64,000 nucleotides of DNA from an uncultured Candidatus Binatia bacterium (GTDB lineage Bacteria > Desulfobacterota > Binatia > UBA9968 > JAJDTQ01). Positions within the stretch are counted from its first letter, which is position 1. Each line of letters opens with the position of its first letter. Below are positions 55,470 to 64,000 of the stretch, piece by piece. Location of the stretch: the NCBI GenBank assembly GCA_965242525.1, contig OZ251459.1, forward strand, positions 2,080,001-2,144,000. The letters are read 5' to 3'. The translations under genes and the position numbers were made by a program. The notes under the pieces are model-generated. The model saw only the letters and a list, made by a program, of their open reading frames with translations. It was not told where the DNA came from and ran no database searches.

Positions 55470-56624
55470 TCAGCCCGCGCCGAGGATCAGCGTGGCATGC
55501 ATGGCCAGGCTGCCGCCGTGGCCGCTGATGATGCCGGTGCGGGCGTCGGGCACCTGCCGTTCCGGCTCGACTTCGTTGCCGCGGAGTTGCCGGACGCCTT
55601 CGGTGAGGTGCAGCATCCCTTCCAGGTGGGCTTGCGAAAGCAGGCCGCCGTGGGTGTTCAGGGGGATCTCGCCGCCGATGGTGATGCGTCCGTCCTTGAC
55701 GAAATCCTTGCCTTCGCCCTTGCCGCAGAAGCCGTAGTCCTCCAGGGTAATCATGGCGGTGATGGTGAAGCAGTCGTAGAGCTCGGCCAAGTCCATGTCC
55801 TTGGGTTCCAGCCCGGCCATGTCGTAGGCCATGCGGGAGGACTTGCGTCCGCCCAGGGTCGTGAGCGAGGGCGCGTCGAGGAGGCTGAAGTGGGGATGGT
55901 GCTGTCCCATGCCGAGGATCGCCACCGGGGGTTTGGGGAAGTCCCGCGCCCGTTCGATGCCGGTCACCAGCACGGCGCCGCCGCCGTCGGACTCCAGCGA
56001 GCAGTCGAGCAGGTGCAGGGGATCGACGATCATGCGGGACTGCTGGTGATCCTCCACCGTGATGGGCTTCTTCATGGTGGCGTTGGCGTTCAGGGAGGCG
56101 TGCTTGCGGGTGGACACCGCGATCTCCGCCAGATCCTCGCTGCGGGTGCCGAACTCGTACATGTGGCGCTGGGCCGCCAGGGCGTGGCCCGCGGCCGCGG
56201 CGAAGTGCCCCCAGGGGCGCTCCCAGTGCTCGTCGCCCCGCCGGATGGGGAAGCCGGGTGTGGCGTCCCCGGTGGACCGCTTGCGCGCGTGGACGCACAG
56301 CACCGTGCTGGCCATGCCCGCTTCGATGGCCATGACCGCGTGCTGCACCATGGCGATGGGCGTGGCGCCGCCCAGGGCCAAGTCGGTGGCATAGACCGGC
56401 GTGATGCCGGCCATGTGGGCGAGCCTCACCGCGTAGCTGCGATGGGCGTCGTTGAGCGGCTGGTTGGTGAGGAAGCCGTCCACCGCCCCGGCGCCGATGC
56501 CGGCGTCGTCGAGGCACGCCCGGATGGACTCCAGATGCAGCGAGTGGGTGGTGGCGTCGGGCCGCTTGCCCACCATCGTTTCGCCCACGCCGACGATGGC
56601 GTATTTGCCCCCGAGGTTGGCCAT
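55470..56624 (-). CDS. Thiolase-family protein (SCP-x/Ltp2-like)
   Basis: AIVGVGET, LLDCSLESDGGGA, ELYDCFT, NTHGGLLSQAH; GGAGG RBS. Confidence 0.88.
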   Translation of the reverse strand: MANLGGKYAIVGVGETMVGKRPDATTHSLHLESIRACLDDAGIGAGAVDGFLTNQPLNDAHRSYAVRLAHMAGITPVYATDLALGGATPIAMVQHAVMAIEAGMASTVLCVHARKRSTGDATPGFPIRRGDEHWERPWGHFAAAAGHALAAQRHMYEFGTRSEDLAEIAVSTRKHASLNANATMKKPITVEDHQQSRMIVDPLHLLDCSLESDGGGAVLVTGIERARDFPKPPVAILGMGQHHPHFSLLDAPSLTTLGGRKSSRMAYDMAGLEPKDMDLAELYDCFTITAMITLEDYGFCGKGEGKDFVKDGRITIGGEIPLNTHGGLLSQAHLEGMLHLTEGVRQLRGNEVEPERQVPDARTGIISGHGGSLAMHATLILGAG

Positions 56625-57070
56625 GGTTCGTCCTCCTTTGCCGCGAGTTTGAAGCGTGTAGCCGGAAGTTGCAAGCGCGGGAAGGAGGAAATCGGTCCCG
56701 GGCCGGCGCTCTACCCGCACGGACGAGGCGCTTGGGCGATCATGCGCCCGCCATCCCATCCGCTGACAGCTCCGCCCGCACGGACGAGGCGCCTGGTGGG
56801 CGAACAGGGGCCGGAGCTTTTCGGCCCGCGCTCCGCCTGCGCGGACGAGGCGGGCAGCGGTCGCAGCGGTGGAGGTCAGCCAGGGCCGGCGCTCCGCCCG
56901 CGTTGACGGGCGCGAGATTGCGCAACCCACGCGGTTCTGTTACCCGTGCCGGGAAACGCCGTTGGCCACCTCGCCGTTGGCCACCTACTTCCTGCTGACC
57001 CGACAGAGCGAAAAACGCCCCGCAGGGGAACCGACCCGGCCGCTCCGGGGTTCCGGGAGAGAGCCATCGC

Positions 57071-58513
57071 ATGAGTTACGAACCGGTCATCGGCCTGGAG
57101 GCGCACGCCCAGATCCTGACCGAATCCAAGATCTTCTGCGGCTGCTCCACGCGCTTCGGCGAGGCGCCCAACCGCAACACCTGCCCGGTGTGCATGGGCT
57201 TCCCGGGGGTGCTCCCGGTGCTGAACCGCAAGGTGGTGGAGCACACCATCCGCACGGGACTCGCCACCCACTGCGCCATCGCCCCGCGCAGCCGCTGGGC
57301 GCGCAAGAACTACTTCTACCCCGACCTGCCCAAGGGCTACCAGATCAGCCAGTACGAGCTTCCGCTCTGCACCGGGGGCCGCGTGGACGTGAGCGTGGAC
57401 GGGGCGTCCCGGCGCGTGGGGCTCACGCGCATCCACATGGAAGAGGACGCGGGCAAGAACGTCCACGATTCCGGGGGCGGCCACAGCCTGGTGGACCTCA
57501 ACCGGGCGGGAGTGCCGCTCATGGAGATCGTCAGCGAGCCGGACATGCGGAGCCCCGACGAGGCCGGCGCGTACCTCAGGACCCTCCGGTCCATCCTCCA
57601 ATACCTGGAGGTATGCGACGGCAACATGGAGGAGGGCAGCTTCCGCTGCGACGCCAACGTCTCGCTGCGGGCCCCGGGCGCCGACGCCCTCGGTGTCAAG
57701 GTCGAGATCAAGAACCTCAACTCCTTCAAGGCCGTGGAGAAGGCGTTGGAGTACGAGATCGGGCGGCAGGGCCGGGTGCTGTCGGAAGGGGGGGCGGTGG
57801 AGCAGGAGACGCGCCTGTGGGACGCCGACCGGGAGGCCACGCGCCCCATGCGCTCCAAGGAGGACGCCCACGACTACCGCTACTTTCCCGACCCGGACCT
57901 GCTGCCCCTGGTCATCGACGACCGGTGGGTCGAGGAGATCCGCGCCACCCTGCCGGAGCTGGCCCGGAGCCGCCGGGAGCGTTTCCGGGAAGAGTACGGG
58001 CTGTCCGCGTACGACGCCGAGGTCCTCACCCAGCGGCGGGACGTGGCCGACTACTTCGAGGCCGCGGTCCGCGCCCACGCCAACCCCAAGGCCATCTGCA
58101 ACTGGCTCACGGGGGACCTCTTCCGGGCGCTCAAGGAGCGGAAGCTCGACGCCGCCCTGCGTATCGAAGCATGGCCGGTGCCGGCCGAAGACCTGGCCCG
58201 CATGGTGCAAATGGTGGATGGCGGGACCATCAGCGGCAAGCTCGCCAAGACCGTCTTCACCGCCATGCTCGAAACCGGCAGGGACCCGGACGCCGTGGTC
58301 AGGGAGAAGGGGCTGGAGCAGGTCTCCGACACCGGCGCCCTGGACGCCGCGGTGGACGAGGTGTTGTCCGCGTGCGCGGCCCAGGCCGCGGAGTTCCAGG
58401 CCGGCAAGGAGAAGGTCTTCGGGTTCCTGGTGGGGCAGGTGATGAAGGCCACCCGGGGCAAGGCCAACCCGCAGATGGTCAACGAGATCCTCGGGCGGAA
58501 GCTGCGGGGCTGA
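57071..58513 (+). CDS. gatB: Asp/Glu-tRNA amidotransferase subunit B
   Basis: [52 protein letters not shown]. Confidence 0.97.
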   Translation: MSYEPVIGLEAHAQILTESKIFCGCSTRFGEAPNRNTCPVCMGFPGVLPVLNRKVVEHTIRTGLATHCAIAPRSRWARKNYFYPDLPKGYQISQYELPLCTGGRVDVSVDGASRRVGLTRIHMEEDAGKNVHDSGGGHSLVDLNRAGVPLMEIVSEPDMRSPDEAGAYLRTLRSILQYLEVCDGNMEEGSFRCDANVSLRAPGADALGVKVEIKNLNSFKAVEKALEYEIGRQGRVLSEGGAVEQETRLWDADREATRPMRSKEDAHDYRYFPDPDLLPLVIDDRWVEEIRATLPELARSRRERFREEYGLSAYDAEVLTQRRDVADYFEAAVRAHANPKAICNWLTGDLFRALKERKLDAALRIEAWPVPAEDLARMVQMVDGGTISGKLAKTVFTAMLETGRDPDAVVREKGLEQVSDTGALDAAVDEVLSACAAQAAEFQAGKEKVFGFLVGQVMKATRGKANPQMVNEILGRKLRG

Positions 58514-58521
58514 CCCCGGGG

Positions 58522-59708
58522 TCAGGTGCGGTAGTCGGAGTTGATGCGCACGTACTCGTGGCCCAGGTCCGAGGTCCACACCGAGGCCCGGGCGTCGCCC
58601 AGGCCCAGACTGATGCGCACCGTGAAGGACGGGCGCTGCATCACCCTGGCCGCGGCGTCCTCCCGGGCGCCCACCGCCACCCCCCGGCGCACCACCTTGA
58701 CGCCCCCCAAGGCCACGTCCACGGCCTCTTCCACCACCGGCGCGCCGGCGTTCCCCAGCGCCATCATGAAACGGCCCACGTTGGGGTCCTCGCCGAAGAA
58801 GGCTGTCTTCACGAGCTGGGAGTTGGCCACCGCGAAAGCCACCTTCCTGGCGTGGGCCCCGGTCCGGGCGCCGTCCACGCGCACCTCCACCAGCTTGGTG
58901 GCGCCCTCCCCGTCCGCCACCACCTTCAGCGCCAGATCCTTCATCACCCGGGTCAACGCGCGTTCGAGCGTCTCCTCGTCCGCGCTCCCGGGAGTGACCT
59001 CGGGGTTCCCGGCAAGGCCGTTGGCCATGCACAGCAGGGTGTCGTTGGTGCTGGTGTCCCCGTCCACGGTAATGGCGTGGAACGAGCCGTCCGCGGCCCG
59101 GCGCAGCATGGGCCGCAGGGAGGCCGCGGCAACGGCCGCGTCCGTGAGCACGTAGCACAGCATGGTGGCCATGTTGGGCGCGATCATGCCGGCGCCCTTG
59201 GCGAGGCCGGCCACGCGCACGGCGCGGCCCCCGAGGCGGCATCGGGCCGCGGCCACCTTGGGGCCGTTGTCGGTGGTCAGGATGGCCTCGGCCGCGTCCC
59301 CGAGGCCGTCCGGGGACAACGCTGGCGCCGCGGCCGCGATGCCCGACTTGACCTTCTCCAACGGCAGCGGCGCCCCGATGATGCCGGTGGAGGACGGCAG
59401 GACCTGGCTCGCCGGGACGCCCAGGAGCCGGGCGGCCTCCTCGCAGACGGCTTCGGCGTCCCGGAAACCGCGGCGGCCCGTGCACGCGTTGGCGTTGCCG
59501 CTGTTGACCACCACCGCCCGGATGCGCCCCCGGGCCACGCGCCGGCGGCCCGAAACGATGCTGGGGCTCCGGATCCGGTTGCGGGTGAACAACGCCGCGG
59601 CGGTGGCCGGGCGCTCGGATACGATCAGCGCCAAGTCCTTGCGGCCGCTCTCCTTGACGCCGCAGGCCACCCCGGCGAAGCGGAAGCCCGGCACCCTCGG
59701 CGGGGGCT

Positions 59709-59712
<4 letters not shown>
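58522..59712 (-). CDS. argJ: Bifunctional glutamate N-acetyltransferase
   Basis: [51 protein letters not shown]; GTGA overlap with secA stop. Confidence 0.95.
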
Positions 59713-63188
<3,476 letters not shown>

Positions 63189-63423
63189 GGCTCAAGGATA
63201 GCGGCTACGGAGGCCACATGCAATTTGTGAGGAAGGACGCATCGAAGGGACGGGTCGCCAATGATCGGAGCTAGCCATGGTGGAAAGCGGACCAGTCTCC
63301 ATGACCTCAGTGGTCTTGCGGGACGGCTGAAGGATATCGAAACCGAACTTCGGAACGTCGAGAAGGAGGTCGAGTCCGCACGCGACCTTGACTTGGGAAC
63401 CTCGGGGTTCCATATTGACCGTC

Positions 63424-64000
<577 letters not shown>

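Overview
High-GC bacterial window; gene content and REP families suggest a deltaproteobacterial/Binatia-like, possibly host-associated genome (inference only). 1-14.7 kb is a defence island: five tandem AAA_21/ABC-type ATPases with DUF4276 (TOPRIM-like) or other partners, three of which are reduced to stubs that keep only their first 4-5 and last codons, followed by a DUF499 ATPase. On the opposite strand lies a zinc-ribbon/DUF559-nuclease/RecQ fusion coupled to a membrane-anchored coiled-coil gene. 15-43.8 kb is mostly accessory metabolism and transport (Mo-hydroxylase, ferredoxin plus flavoprotein, LLM oxidoreductases, nitrilase, amidohydrolase, EmrAB-like, Liv-type ABC, TAXI-TRAP, VOC). It is interrupted by a BrnT/BrnA-GHKL remnant and by a Gabija-like OLD nuclease plus UvrD pair flanked by stubs of a DUF1156/helicase operon. 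43.9-64 kb holds an AAA_14-DUF4143 gene preceded by four 22-bp repeats, serS-yraN-rnhB, gatCA, a REP-bracketed insert (Phd/VapC, RHH protein, a type IIG/ISP-like RM enzyme with in-frame REP insertions, thiolase), gatB, argJ, a secA with an approximately 235-aa insertion, and the start of moaA. No rRNA, tRNA, CRISPR array, integrase or transposase was recognised. All family assignments come from motif recognition by eye, not database searches.
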